From Octopus bimaculoides (lineage: Eukaryota): a stretch of DNA of 44,380 nucleotides. Below, one piece after another: positions 32,205-43,360 of the stretch. Made by a program: the position numbers and the translations under genes. The stretch covers positions 8,247,475-8,291,854 of the forward strand of contig NC_068985.1 of NCBI RefSeq assembly GCF_001194135.2, read 5' to 3'. A model generated the notes under the pieces. It was given only the letters and a program-made list of their open reading frames with translations. It was not told where the DNA came from and did not search any database. Each line of letters begins with the position of its first letter. Positions within the stretch are counted from its first letter, which is position 1.

Positions 32205-32478
32205 ATAACGTGCTTTCATTGCACTACTGAGCACAGCTCTGTGTGCCTTAGGTATGTGCTGTGGTTTGCTGTGATGCTCTTATGGTTACTGTATTGAAAG
32301 TGTTTTACGTAGGATGTATGCAGTGCCCAGTAGTGCTATTTTCTGTATGTTATATATATTTGTTAGCCCTTGTGTTTTTGTTATGCATTTGTCTGAATAT
32401 TTTTTGTATCATAATTAATGCGCCCACTATGATAGGAATTGTTTCTGTTTTTAGATTCCACATTCGAATTACCTCTAT
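32195..32478 (-). mobile_element. R4/Dong-type LINE 3' end, copy 2 (a third short piece lies at 35525-35590)
   Basis: High visual identity to 31610-31885. Confidence 0.88.
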
Positions 32479-32726
32479 GAGAGATAGGTTGGAGTCAGGG
32501 TCTAGTTGGATGAGGAGTGGGGACAGCTTGTGGTTACAGGTTAGCTTGAGGTAAGGGCCTTGCTTAAGATGAGTGGTTAGATTGAAAAACAGTTGAGATG
32601 AGGGTCCTGCATGAGGAGAGTGAGAGTGAGAAAGAGAGAAGAAACCAATTTGAGTTGTGGATTTGCTTGAGATGAGAGATTATCTTGAAGTCGAGCTATC
32701 TTTTATCTCTTACTTGATTTAGCAAT

Positions 32727-33080
32727 TAGACTGCGGCCATGCTGTGGCAGTCGAACCAATCGACTATAGTAATTATTTCTATTTTTAAAAGTGGTATTTA
32801 CTCCATCGGTCTCTTTTGCCGAACGGTTAAATTACGCAGGCGCAAACAAACCAACACTGGTTGTCAAGCGATGGTTGGAGACAAACACTGACACACACAC
32901 ACACACACACACACACATGCTGGGCTTCTTTAAGTTTCCGTCTACTAAATCCACTCACAAGACCTTATTCCGCCCGAGGCTACAGTTGAAGGCACTTGCC
33001 CAAGGTGCCAAACAGTGGGACTGAACCCGAAACCATGTAGTTGGGAAGCAAGCTTCTTAACACATACCCACGCCTGCGCC
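32727..33080 (-). mobile_element. SINE family A with internal (CA)n
   Basis: Reverse-complement match to 17-430. Confidence 0.9.
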
Positions 33081-33441
33081 CATAAAGTTTGCATTGATGC
33101 GTTATGTTGCAAGGATTGATTAGTTTGCAGCAATGAAATCTACTTCAAACTTGACTTAGTTTAGTACTAAACGTTATTTGGGAATGATGAATGTAGAGCG
33201 TATCCGGAAAATTCGTTGTTAAACAAATTCGTTGTATGGACAATGGCAAAGCATTCTATATTGGTATTTTTTTTTAACTAATAAAGAACGATAAAAGGTT
33301 TTATAAAAAGCCTTTATTCAACGTCAGACATAAACATTAAAAAGAAACAAAAAGGAGAATGTGTAGAGATAATTTAGATCAAAATTTCTTTACGCGAATT
33401 TTTCTACGGCACAAATGTTTAAGGCGAAATTTACTTTAACA

Positions 33442-34016
33442 CAGGGGTCGAGGAAATTTTTTAACCAATTTCCCCAAAATATATTTATTTACGCTAACGT
33501 TGCCCCCTTAACTTGAATGGAAGAAAACCATAGATTCTTTGAATTCAAAAGGTTCATTGAATCTATTTATATAGAGAATGCAATTATAAATATTAAAAGT
33601 ATAAAACAAATGCGATGAAATAAATTAATATCCTCATTATGAAACAAAAATATTTTTCTCGAAACTTTTTGACTTCAAGTTTTGGAGAAATGACGTTGTT
33701 TCATTTTTGTTACAATTACATCAAAATTGGGGCATTTTGATGCCAGAACAATTTGGATACAGTCTTCGGGATCCAATCGATTACTCTGCTTTGTTTTTGT
33801 GTTCATTAGAGTCGGAAATCCTTGTTTGCAAAGGTAGAATGTTGCAAAAGGCAACAACTTTTGGACAGCCTCCTCATGCCAGAAGAAAAATTTCTGTCGT
33901 AACAGGGAGCAAATTTTTTTTATATAATTTTACTCATGGCTAATGAGTCCTCATTACCCCCAAGAATTTCATTTTTGCCTCACTTAGGGTAATTTTTCCC
34001 GGTTCGCCGACCCCTG
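33442..34016 (-). mobile_element. Non-autonomous Charlie/Buster-type hAT element (575 bp) retaining the transposase C-terminus
   Basis: TIRs CAGGGGTCG (33442) and CGACCCCTG (ending 34016). LPFATFYLCKQGFPTLMNTKTKQSNRLDPED...Q.H.S matches the hAT C-terminal dimerization region. The 8-bp flanks do not match. Confidence 0.8.
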
Positions 34017-35279
34017 CAACCGAATGTACACACATATTACGTAAAGTTCTTTGAATAGAATAAACATATACAAAAACAAAGGGAAATATCTCATGTCTCT
34101 AAAGCAAGTATCTGTCTTTGGTTATGCAGTTAAAAATGCAATTGAACTAGGACTACTTTAAAACAAACGACAGTAGGATCGTGAATTGGAAACAAGCAAA
34201 ATGTGGGATGTAAAAAGTCAGTGCAGGATTAATAATAAACAGATTACAAATTAAGTTTAATATCATAGCCTTTAAAGACATAATTATTAATTTTGCTTTT
34301 ACAGAAGTTTAATTTTTATTGCCTGCTTTTACTGCATTTTCAATTGATCCTTGCTTACACACAGAGGGTTGGTATCGGTTTGTATTTGGCAGAATCGTTA
34401 AAGGATCGGACAAAATTCCTTACAGCAGGCCCTTATTACCCTTTAGATCTGAGCCGAAAACTAATGAGGAGAACTTTGACTTAAATCCTTCCTGGTCGAT
34501 AAAATAAAGTACCTATCGAACAAAAACTTACTGAACAAAAGCATGTGTCATAGCAGAGCTTAGAATTTTGCACGCGGTCGTAAAAGACATCGCCCACACT
34601 CGAAATAGTTCAAATTACTCCCACTCAGTTTACTTATTCATGCAACACATAACCTAGTGATTCACGAACCAGTAAAACTACACTGTTCATTCACAATAGA
34701 CCACACGATAAAGCACAATATCCTACACTATAAAACATACCAAACGCAATCACCACACAAAAAATAGCGCTGCTCATGTAACGCATACTTGGCATAACAG
34801 AGACAATTTCAGAGCGACACTGAAAATACTAAAAGAATGCCTCAACAATGCAAAATCAAATATAAAATGGAAACACTTTCTTACACTCCACTTCGACATT
34901 TTCTTTCTAAAAGAGTTTTACAACCAAATATTTACAACTATTTATATTATTTATAGCTAGCGTTAAGTTTGTGTTTCGAGATATTCCAAAAAAGAATTAG
35001 TTCACATTCTCTCGAAAGTTTAAAAAGTTCGTATAACGTCGATGATAATAATACAGGTAGCAAAAGTGTTATATTGGAAGCTGTGCGAAAAGTGGGAGCT
35101 AGAGAGAGGTAGGAGTACAGACCGCAGCGGCAGAGTCAAAGACTAGCAAAATCCTCTGTGTTATCCCACTCCAAACAGATCAGGTGCTAGAGCATAACAG
35201 ACCGGACAAGGTGCACCACATATGCTGTGTAGTTGATGATGCAAGAATAGTAAAAAATGAAGGTGAAAAGATAGATAGG

Positions 35280-35312
<33 letters not shown>

Positions 35313-35313
<1 letters not shown>

Positions 35314-35453
35314 CAACCCTCTTAAGTACGAAATAGCCCGGTTATGGAAAATGAAGAAGGTGAAGATTGTGCCAATTATTGTTGAGTCTTTGGGAAGAGT
35401 ATCAGAAGGCATCAAGAGGAATATAAAGGAAATTGGAATAGTGTGTCCAGTAG
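35313..35453 (+). mobile_element. R4/Dong-type LINE C-terminal fragment
   Basis: YNPLKYEIARLWKMKKVKIVPIIVESLGRVSEGIKRNIKEIGI; runs into a gap; preceded by (GATA)n. Confidence 0.75.
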
Positions 35454-35599
35454 NNNNNNNNNNNNNNNNNNNNNNNNNNNNNNNNNNNNNNNNNNNNNNN
35501 NNNNNNNNNNNNNNNNNNNNNNNNACATAATGTTATGTATTTGTCTGAATATTTTTATCATACCTAATGCGCCCACAATGATAGGAATTTTTTTTCCAT

Positions 35600-36290
35600 T
35601 TCTTTTAGAGAGACGTTGTCATCTGCTGGTATTGATACATCAACTAGAAAGCATTTTTTTCCTTCATGATCTTTGACAACTATATCTGGTCTATTGGCCT
35701 TAATTTCTCTATCTGTGTGTATTGACATATCCCAGAGTATGGTTGCTTTCTCGTTTTCTGTGACCTTTTCTGGCGTGTGTTTATACCATCTTTTTTCTGT
35801 TGTTATTCCATAGTGTTGGCATAGCCTCCAGTGTACATAGGTCCCAGCTTTATCGTGTCTGTGAATATATTCCTTCTTAGCCAGGACTGGGCAGTCAGCG
35901 ATAATATGATTTATTGTTTCTTGTCCACCTCTACATATTCTGCAGTTATTTGCTATGTTTCTTTTCATTATATGTGTTTGGTAATTTCTGGTGGGGAGGT
36001 TTTGGTCTTGTGCTGCAACTAAAAATCCTTCAGTCTCTGCTTTGAATCCTGAGCTTCTCAACTATTGCTGGGATTTTTCTCTGTCTATTTCGTTTGCGTT
36101 TAGTTTAGCCCAGTATTTTCCATGTAGGGGCTTTTCTTGCCATCGTTTTATCATGGTCCGTTGCTGTTCTACTTTTAGTTTGGATTTCATTTGTTGTTTC
36201 TTCTTCACATTTGTTAGGTATTTGTCAGCATTATAAAACCAAACAGTTTTTTTGATTTGTTCGTGTTTTGTGGCTATTTGTAATTTATAA
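35600..36290 (-). mobile_element. R4/Dong-type LINE fragment (CCHC finger and RLE)
   Basis: RWQEKPLHGKY...LRSSGFKAETEGFLVAAQDQ...CRICRGGQETINHIIADCPVL...RHD...ILWD...ANRPDIVVKD...FLVDVSIP. Confidence 0.92.
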
Positions 36291-36690
36291 TACGACAATA
36301 AACCATATGTTCTATATGGACGATCCGAAGCTGTTTGCTAGAAACGACGAAGAGCTAGTAGGACTGCTAACGACTGTTAAAGAGTTCATCAATGACACCA
36401 GGATGGATTTTGACCTTTATAAGTGTACTAAAACAACTTTTGTAAGAGGCAAGCTCAGGCAAACCGCTTCCATTGAATTAGATACCGACGCCACCATCAA
36501 GGAGCTTGACTCACAAGAAAGTTACAAATACCTGGGGATAAACGAAGGAGGGGGTATACAACATGCTACTATGAAGGAAAAATAAGACAGGAGTATTACA
36601 GGAGAGCGAAACTCATACTAAAATCTGAACTCAACTCGATAAATAGCATCGAAGCCATTAAAACACTGGCACTTCCAGTAGTCCAAAATA

Positions 36691-37975
36691 TTGGGTTGTC
36701 CGGAAAGTTCATGCCAATTTTTAATGGAAAGAAAAATATCAATAAATACTTGCCATTACATTTTTAATCAACCAAATATGAACCATTTTGTTGCACAATG
36801 CGTGTCCATCTTTCCTTTAACTTGAAAATACCCTCTTCCCAGAACTGAGGTGGTTTCATGGCAAAGAATTCATCAAGGTATCTTTTTACGTCATCCAAGG
36901 AATTGAAATTTTTACCATTAAGACTATTTTACAGAAACCTGAATAAGTGGAACTTCAAAGGAGCAATGTCTGGTGAATATGGAGGGTAGGGTAACACATT
37001 CCAGCCGAGCTGCAGCAATTTTTGTCTGGTTCCCAAAGAAAGGTGCGGTCTTGAATTATCATGTTGGAAAACAACATCCTTCCTGTTAGTCAATTCTGGA
37101 CGTTTCTCTTGAATTGCTGCTTTTAACTCGTCCAGTTGTGTGCAGTATTTCTCAGAATTAATTGTCGGGTTACTTGGAAGAAGCCCATAGTATAGAATTC
37201 CTTTCCAATCCCACCAGACAGAAAGCAAGACCTTTTAAGGGTGAAGACCCGCTTTTGGGGTGGCTAAAGGTGACTCATGTCGCTGACTCAAGGATCGCTT
37301 TCTCTGAACATTTCGGTAGATGATCCATTTCTCATCACTTGTCAGAATTTGCTTTAAAAAAGGCGCGTTTTCATTCCGCTTATAAAGCGAATCACAGATG
37401 GAAATGCTATCGAAAAGGTTCTTCTCATTCAACTCATGTGGTACCCAAACATCGTAGCGATTTGTGCACTCAAGCTTTTACCAGGTGCTCATGAACGACG
37501 GATTGTGATAGGTTGAGGCTTTTTGTCAATTCTCGAGTTGTGGAACGTGAGTTATTCTTAATTAATGACTTGATTTGGTCATCATCTGTAGTGGATGGTC
37601 TGCCTGATCGCTCTTTATCAATAAGGCTACAATCTCCAGCTCGGAACCTTGCGAACCACTTCCGTACAGTTCTTACGGATAAAGAAACATCACCGTAAAC
37701 TGCGAATATTTCTTTGGTTGTTTGTGAGGCATTTTTTCCTTTACGGAAAAAGAAAAGCATCAAGTGCCGAAAATGAACTTTCTTATCTTCCATTTTAAAG
37801 GGTTACAGAATTAACACAGGTTATAGGAACATAAGCCTTCTTCCACGAAAAGATAGCTTAAACTGTGCTTTAAATGAAGGTGCAGTCAAATCCTATTTTA
37901 TGGACTCAACCATGTTCTAAAATAAGTCGAAAGGTAAGCTACTATAAATCGGCACGAACTTTCCGAACAACCCAA
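36691..37975 (-). mobile_element. Full-length mariner transposon (1285 bp, mellifera-subfamily-like), defective
   Basis: 30-bp TIRs TTGGGTTGTCCGGAAAGTTCATGCCAATTT and TTGGGTTGTTCGGAAAGTTCGTGCCGATTT (3 mismatches), with TA on both sides (36689-36690 and 37976-37977). Confidence 0.97.
36764..37793 (-). pseudogene. Mariner transposase pseudogene
   Basis: MEDKKVHFRHLMLFFFRKGKNASQ, WVPHEL, TSDEKW, FQHDNSRPH and YSPDIAP. One frameshift near 37465, two in-frame stops, and the third catalytic Asp replaced (YSPDIAPLKFHLF). Confidence 0.95.
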
Positions 37976-39097
37976 TAGTTTTAACATCATTAAATGGAAT
38001 CTTACAGAGCTCTAGCTTCTGGACAGGATGACAAGAACACTACTGACATCTAAGAACATGCACTACCCAAAAGCAGATGTTGATCGTCTGTACCTACCTA
38101 AAAGTAACGGGGAAAGTGGAATGATGCCAGTAGAACTATAAAACCTCCACAATAGTAATGAACAAATACTTATTTAGTACAGAAGACTGGACGCTGCGGC
38201 TTGTGTACAAACACGAAAACAGCAAAACATTACATTCTATTGTCAAGGAAGCTTGCAAATTCGCAACGGAACTTGGCATTAACCCTGAAATAGTTGGAGA
38301 ACCTGAAACCACTGACACAAAACAAGCAAAATGGATCCAGCAGACTGCGAAAAAGAACGGGCAGAAACAAATTGAGAAGCGGTGGAACCGGAAGCCCCTG
38401 CACGGACAGTATATACTTCGAATTCGAAATGCTGATGTAGAACAAGCAACAACACATCAGTAGCTGAGAAGTTCAGAACTGAAAGCAGAAACTGAAGGTT
38501 TCATATTGGCGACACAAGATCAAATATTGCTAACAAAAAACTACCTGGCTAACGTTCTTCAAAACAGTTCTGACTCTAAATGCATATTCTACGACACATT
38601 TGGCGAAATTATAGGCCACCTTGTCTCGGGATGTCCTGTGCTGACACCAAACAAATACAAAAATCGCCTTGATAAGGTAGGATAGTATTTCCATTGCAAA
38701 ATCAACACTCCTGCTTACTGGTATGAACATCACCCCGAGCCAGTCGTTGAAGGTAAAAATGTCACTATTCTCTGGGATTTTCCAGTCAATACTGAGAGAA
38801 CGATCTAGGCTAATCAACCAAACAATAATTATTAAAGATTAAAATACTTGTACACTAATAGATGTTAGTGTTCCTTCTGATAAAAATATATCTGTCAAAG
38901 AATTTGACAATCTAAGTAAATATAAGGACCTGGAAATGGAAATACAAAAAATGTGGCATCTTTAAACGAGAACTGTTCCTGTTATTGAAGGTGTCCTAAG
39001 TATGACAAGAAAGGGATGTCAGAAACATCTAGATTAGATCTCAGGAGAATCATGTGTCAGAGAAAGTACCTCACACATCCTTAGAAAAATCCATTTC

Positions 39098-39179
<82 letters not shown>
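39098..39179. repeat. Perfect 82-bp (AAT)n/(ATT)n palindrome
   Basis: Arms 39098-39138 and 39139-39179, centred on AATT. Confidence 0.95.
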
Positions 39180-39180
<1 letters not shown>

Positions 39181-39181
<1 letters not shown>

Positions 39182-39734
39182 TGAGTGAGAGAGCAGTGCA
39201 TGCCATCAAAGTGACACTGGAGTAAAATATACGAAGCCCATTATACCCATCATGACTACCCGTCTGATAAGGGTACACCAGGCACATGCATCACAACCAT
39301 ATGTGCGCGACATGGTGACCTCATATCAAGATAAACAGCGCATAACCTCGCAGGTGGGGTCCAGTTAGAATTTTCTTCAGGTCGAATGGCCCATCCCGCT
39401 CAAAAGGTCCCTGAATAAGGTTTGTTTAAGGATGTTGAGCAAAACACCCATGTTTCCAAACTTGAATTATTCAACCCCCAAAGAATTCCTCTCAACACAG
39501 CTATGATGCTCCCCCACTACTTCTGCTCATGATCAGAGATGCACATACCGTCAGCCACCAAGGGACATGCTCAACTGGTTAAGGTCAAACAATTGACAAG
39601 CAAATCTGTGGTATTAAGCAGAATATTTGCTGTAGCCCATCTTTTGTACCAAGACAAAACAATGTACATGATAACACTTCCAATCAATTAAGATCAGAAG
39701 CCATGAGAGCCACTGCATAGTACTGCATCCGGGC
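39181..39734. mobile_element. 554-bp non-coding element flanked on both sides by (ATT)n
   Basis: Complex sequence bounded exactly by ATT arrays (39139-39180 and 39735-39764). No ORF motif and no Pol III boxes recognised; single copy in this window. Confidence 0.55.
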
Positions 39735-39764
39735 ATTATTATTATTATTATTATTGTTATTATT

Positions 39765-39820
39765 CAGGTCTCGGAAACTTGGGGTTAGTAGCCCGCGCTC
39801 TTAACCACTACGCCATATGC
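39765..39820 (-). mobile_element. Second, internally deleted copy of the 31909 tRNA-like head
   Basis: GCATATGGCGTAGTGGTTAAGAGCGCGGGCTACTAACCCCAAGTTTCCGA-GACCTGAATAAT; box B is deleted. Confidence 0.85.
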
Positions 39821-39829
39821 TCGAAGAAA

Positions 39830-41060
39830 ATAAAAAGCATGGAAGGAAAATGAAATGTACAGTCAGTTTCCAAGAGATGTGAATACCAAGACAGATACAG
39901 AAGACAACACTCAATATCCTTGTCTGATAGGCGCGGTATATTCTCCAGGTAAGCCTCAAAGCCCACTGTGTCAAGAATGCCACTCATTGAAAAGAGCTCG
40001 GCGAAATGCTGCCGAAACTCTGCGCTCATGTGTTTGGAATCGGAGTGCACATGCCCTCTGCAGTCCATCACAGAGCGAATCCTAGATTTGTTTCCATGTT
40101 TTGCCTCTGCTACCCGGGCTCAACCAACGGCCTTTGAGCCTTCATGTTTCAAGGTACGTACCATAGCTTGGACAATACAGCTTCGTGTTTTACGTCAAAG
40201 AAATGGTCGAGTGCCATTCTCGCCGCTAGCACGTCATTTCCAATCCCACTTTTATTTGTCTCTTCTAAGTTACTAATTTATTTTCTGTTCTGCTGTTTTC
40301 TAAAGGAATCTTTTTGTTAAAACTGACACCTCTCTGATTTTCCTTTTTTAGGAGACCCACTACCTGTTGTGGATGATGTCTCCCGTCAATTCCTGTTGAA
40401 GTAGTCTACTAATCCGGTCCCTGAAATCTTTCAGCACCGGGAAGGACGCGTTCCTCTTCCAGTAACCAGGTCGTAGTCTGATTGTTCTTCCTAAGTTGAC
40501 TGTAAAGGTCCCAAATTTGTGACATGGATAACCAACGATCTGAAAATGTGAACAACTTATACTATGCCTATCTGCTAGCCTAATGAAACCCCTATCTAAG
40601 TACGATCTGGGTGACCCACTACGATTTGACCAAGTTCACACTGGTGTATTTGGGTGATCGAGGCAGAGCCTATCATACAGGTGGAAATGCCTGAGTAAGT
40701 TACCGTGGCTTTTTCACCCCACTCTCCTATCCGCTACCTCTACGTAATTTTTGCTTGTGTCTAAGATCCCATTCCAGTTGACCACTAGCACTATTGACCG
40801 AGATGTCCCTAGGAAATGGTCTAGACGTCTAAAAAAATCTGGCCGTCCAGCTCTTGTTGGGGCGTAAACTACCATTAGTCTGAAAGCCCTCCCACCATCC
40901 TACCGATCAGGTCGAGGAAAATTGCATTCACTCTCAAGTCAAAGCCTTTTCGAAAAAACACCGCGACATCATTTGATTCAAGGTGACCAGAGGAGGTATA
41001 AACAACGTAGTCGTCCAGAAGAGCAAGCAATTGCGTAATCCTTTCTACAACAGGCACAAG
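39830..41060 (-). mobile_element. Tx1/L1-type LINE ORF2 N-terminal part (APE and linker)
   Basis: DVAVFFRKGFDLRV, VYAPTRAGRPDFF, LRPGYWKRNAS and EFRQHFAELF...YLENIPRLS; degenerate. Confidence 0.82.
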
Positions 41061-41356
41061 GTCTGAAATTGTGGGGAGGGGACTAGTCGATTACATCGAT
41101 CCCAGTGTTTCCGTGATACTTAATTTATCGATTTCGAAAAGATGAAAGGTAAAGTCGACCTCGGTGGAATTTGAACTCAGAACGTAAAGACAGACGAAAT
41201 GCCACTATGCATTTGATCCGGCGTTCTAACGATAATAACAAATTCAAGGATTGCTTGCATTCGACTCAACTTAACTGTTCACCATGACGCGCTTAGTCGA
41301 GCAGCTAGCACACTGCAATCTATTGAGTCTCTTCTCGCGAATAACAACTTCAGAGG

Positions 41357-41520
41357 CGCTTGGGTGGCTGTGTTGTAAGAAGCTTGCTTCCCAACCACAT
41401 GGTTCTGGGCTCAATACCATTGCGTGACACCTTGGTGACGTATCTTTTACTATAGCCTCGGGCGGACCAAAGACTTGTGAGTGGATTTGATAGACAGAAA
41501 CTCAAAGAAGCCCGTCCTAT
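41357..41520 (+). mobile_element. SINE family A, head half only
   Basis: GGCGCTTGGGTGGCTGTGTTGTAAGAAGCTTGCTTCCCAACC...GAAACTCAAAGAAGCCCGTC, ending at the (TA) tract. Confidence 0.85.
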
Positions 41521-41528
41521 ATATCTAT

Positions 41529-42185
41529 AAGAAATGGAGCAACAATTAACATTTAGAAGTTGATCATCGGTATTAAATGGTCATAGTTTAAGTATAATTA
41601 AAATAACATTTGCAGCTGTTCCATTTTGTTATTTTTTAGGTAAATCTCCATTTGTCTCGTTCCATGTAACCCAGATTTCTACCGTATATCGCAATTAAAC
41701 TTTTAAGAGAATTCTTAACTTTTAACAAGCCCATTATTTGTAATCATAGGGATTTATCTAGCGGACTCAAATAGCGTTATTTATTACGATTAATGACACC
41801 GGATATTACTACCAGGTATAACTTTTTCGACTAACACCGCCGGTCAACTAATCATTTCCCCCACTTACTGCTCCATTCATCTACTTGGAGAAATGTACAC
41901 ACACGTGCAACTTTTAAAGGACACAAAGATGTAAGCCTAAAGACTTAACGAACTTCTTCCTTCTCCCCCTTTTTTCCTTATTTTTTTTCCTTTTTTTCTC
42001 CTGTCAATATTCCTCTGGTAAAGTCCCAATCATTCTGACGATGTTTGTTACATGGTACGAGGTAAATGCAAATTAACCTAAAAAATAACAAACTGAACCG
42101 GTTGTGAATGTTATTTTAACTATAATTAAACTATGACCATTTAATGCCAATTATCAACTAATTGTTAATTGTTGCTCCATTTCTT
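41529..42185. mobile_element. MITE/foldback-like element with ~80-bp terminal inverted repeats
   Basis: 41529-41610 AAGAAATGGAGCAACAATTAACA...TTAAATGGTCATAGTTTAA.TATA.TTAAAATAACATT matches the reverse complement of 42107-42185. No clear TSD. Confidence 0.75.
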
Positions 42186-43057
42186 TTCTTATCTGAATAT
42201 ATTAACCCACGGTTTACCATTTAAATTACCAGCTGCTGTTAACCTTACAGGAAGGCCTATACATAGTTAGGTAATACACTAGTAGTGCCTACGGATACAA
42301 TTATCCCTTAAACGGTTGCATAACCTCTGGCTAATAACTTATATATATATATATGTATATATATAAATAATACAGAATGGGACAAGAACGCAAAACATCC
42401 AGACAGTTAGGTAATACAAGAAAGGGACAAAACATATAGGTAGACGATACAAAGAAAACACAGACATGTCATTCGAAGTTTTCTCTCTTCAGTCGAGAGC
42501 CAGATTATCTTTGCAATTTCGGCTGGTTATTTTCGATATTGGGCCAATCTGGCCAGCCCCAAGGAAAAACTAAGCTAAGAGCATTAGATTCCTTGGAAGA
42601 AAGCAGCGAATGTATACAAAAACAAGTATATATATATATATATATATATATAGTTGTTCAAATTTACAAAAAAATAAAAGACGAAGGTATATATATGTGT
42701 GTATGTGTGTGTGTGTTTATGCCAATGAAAAGAAGAAAATTCTTCAACACATCTTTAATAATAATTTTGACATGTTTCTGAATCAAATCCATTTACAATC
42801 AACACCAGTTTACACGAAAATTCTAAAAGAAAAAATTACGTAATAAATGCAGTTTCAGGTATTGGAGAGGCACGTCCTCAGACTTGTATCAAAGTCATAC
42901 TGTTACGTTGTGCGTCTATCAGACCTTGTTGTTATGAAGGTATCGGCGAAAAAAAATTAAAAGTGTGTATGCGGATTGGGGCGAAATTATGTAGGGGCGA
43001 AAAATCGAGAGGGTGGACACGTATAAGAATAGGAGGGAGAAAAGGAAAGTACTTGTA

Positions 43058-43360
43058 TATTCCTCAAGCATATCAACAGCTACATAAGGGACGACCTGGA
43101 TATGCTCAATCATCTCCCTAAAACAATAAACAAAAACACCCTGCTAGTATCCTTCGACGTAGTTAACCTCTCTTCTAATATCCTCCACAACCTAGGAATA
43201 GAGGCAATTAAATTCTGGCTAGAGAATTACGCCAATGAACTCCCACATCGCATCAGAAAAGAATTCGTAATTGACGGGCTAAAATTCATCTTGGAGAATT
43301 ACTACTTTGTTTTCAAAGACAACTTCTATCGATACAAGTCTGGGATTGCGATGGGATCTA
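43058..43360 (+). mobile_element. Penelope-like RT fragment
   Basis: SYIRDDLDMLNHLP...LLVSFDVVNLSSNI...LKFILENYYFVFKDNFYRYKSGIAMG matches PLE RT motifs (SFDV.NL..NI and G.AMG). Confidence 0.88.

Larger units (their letters stand above)
36290..39097 (+). mobile_element. R4/Dong-type LINE (RT to 3' end) interrupted by a mariner; segments 36290-36690 and 37976-39097
   Basis: RT INHMFYMDDPKLF and YKYLGI. The frame continues across the excised mariner (LPVVQNSFNIIKW...HYPKADVDRLYLP) into KPLHGQY, LKAETEGF, ILWDFP and KYKDLEMEIQKMW, ending in (AAT)14. Confidence 0.92.
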
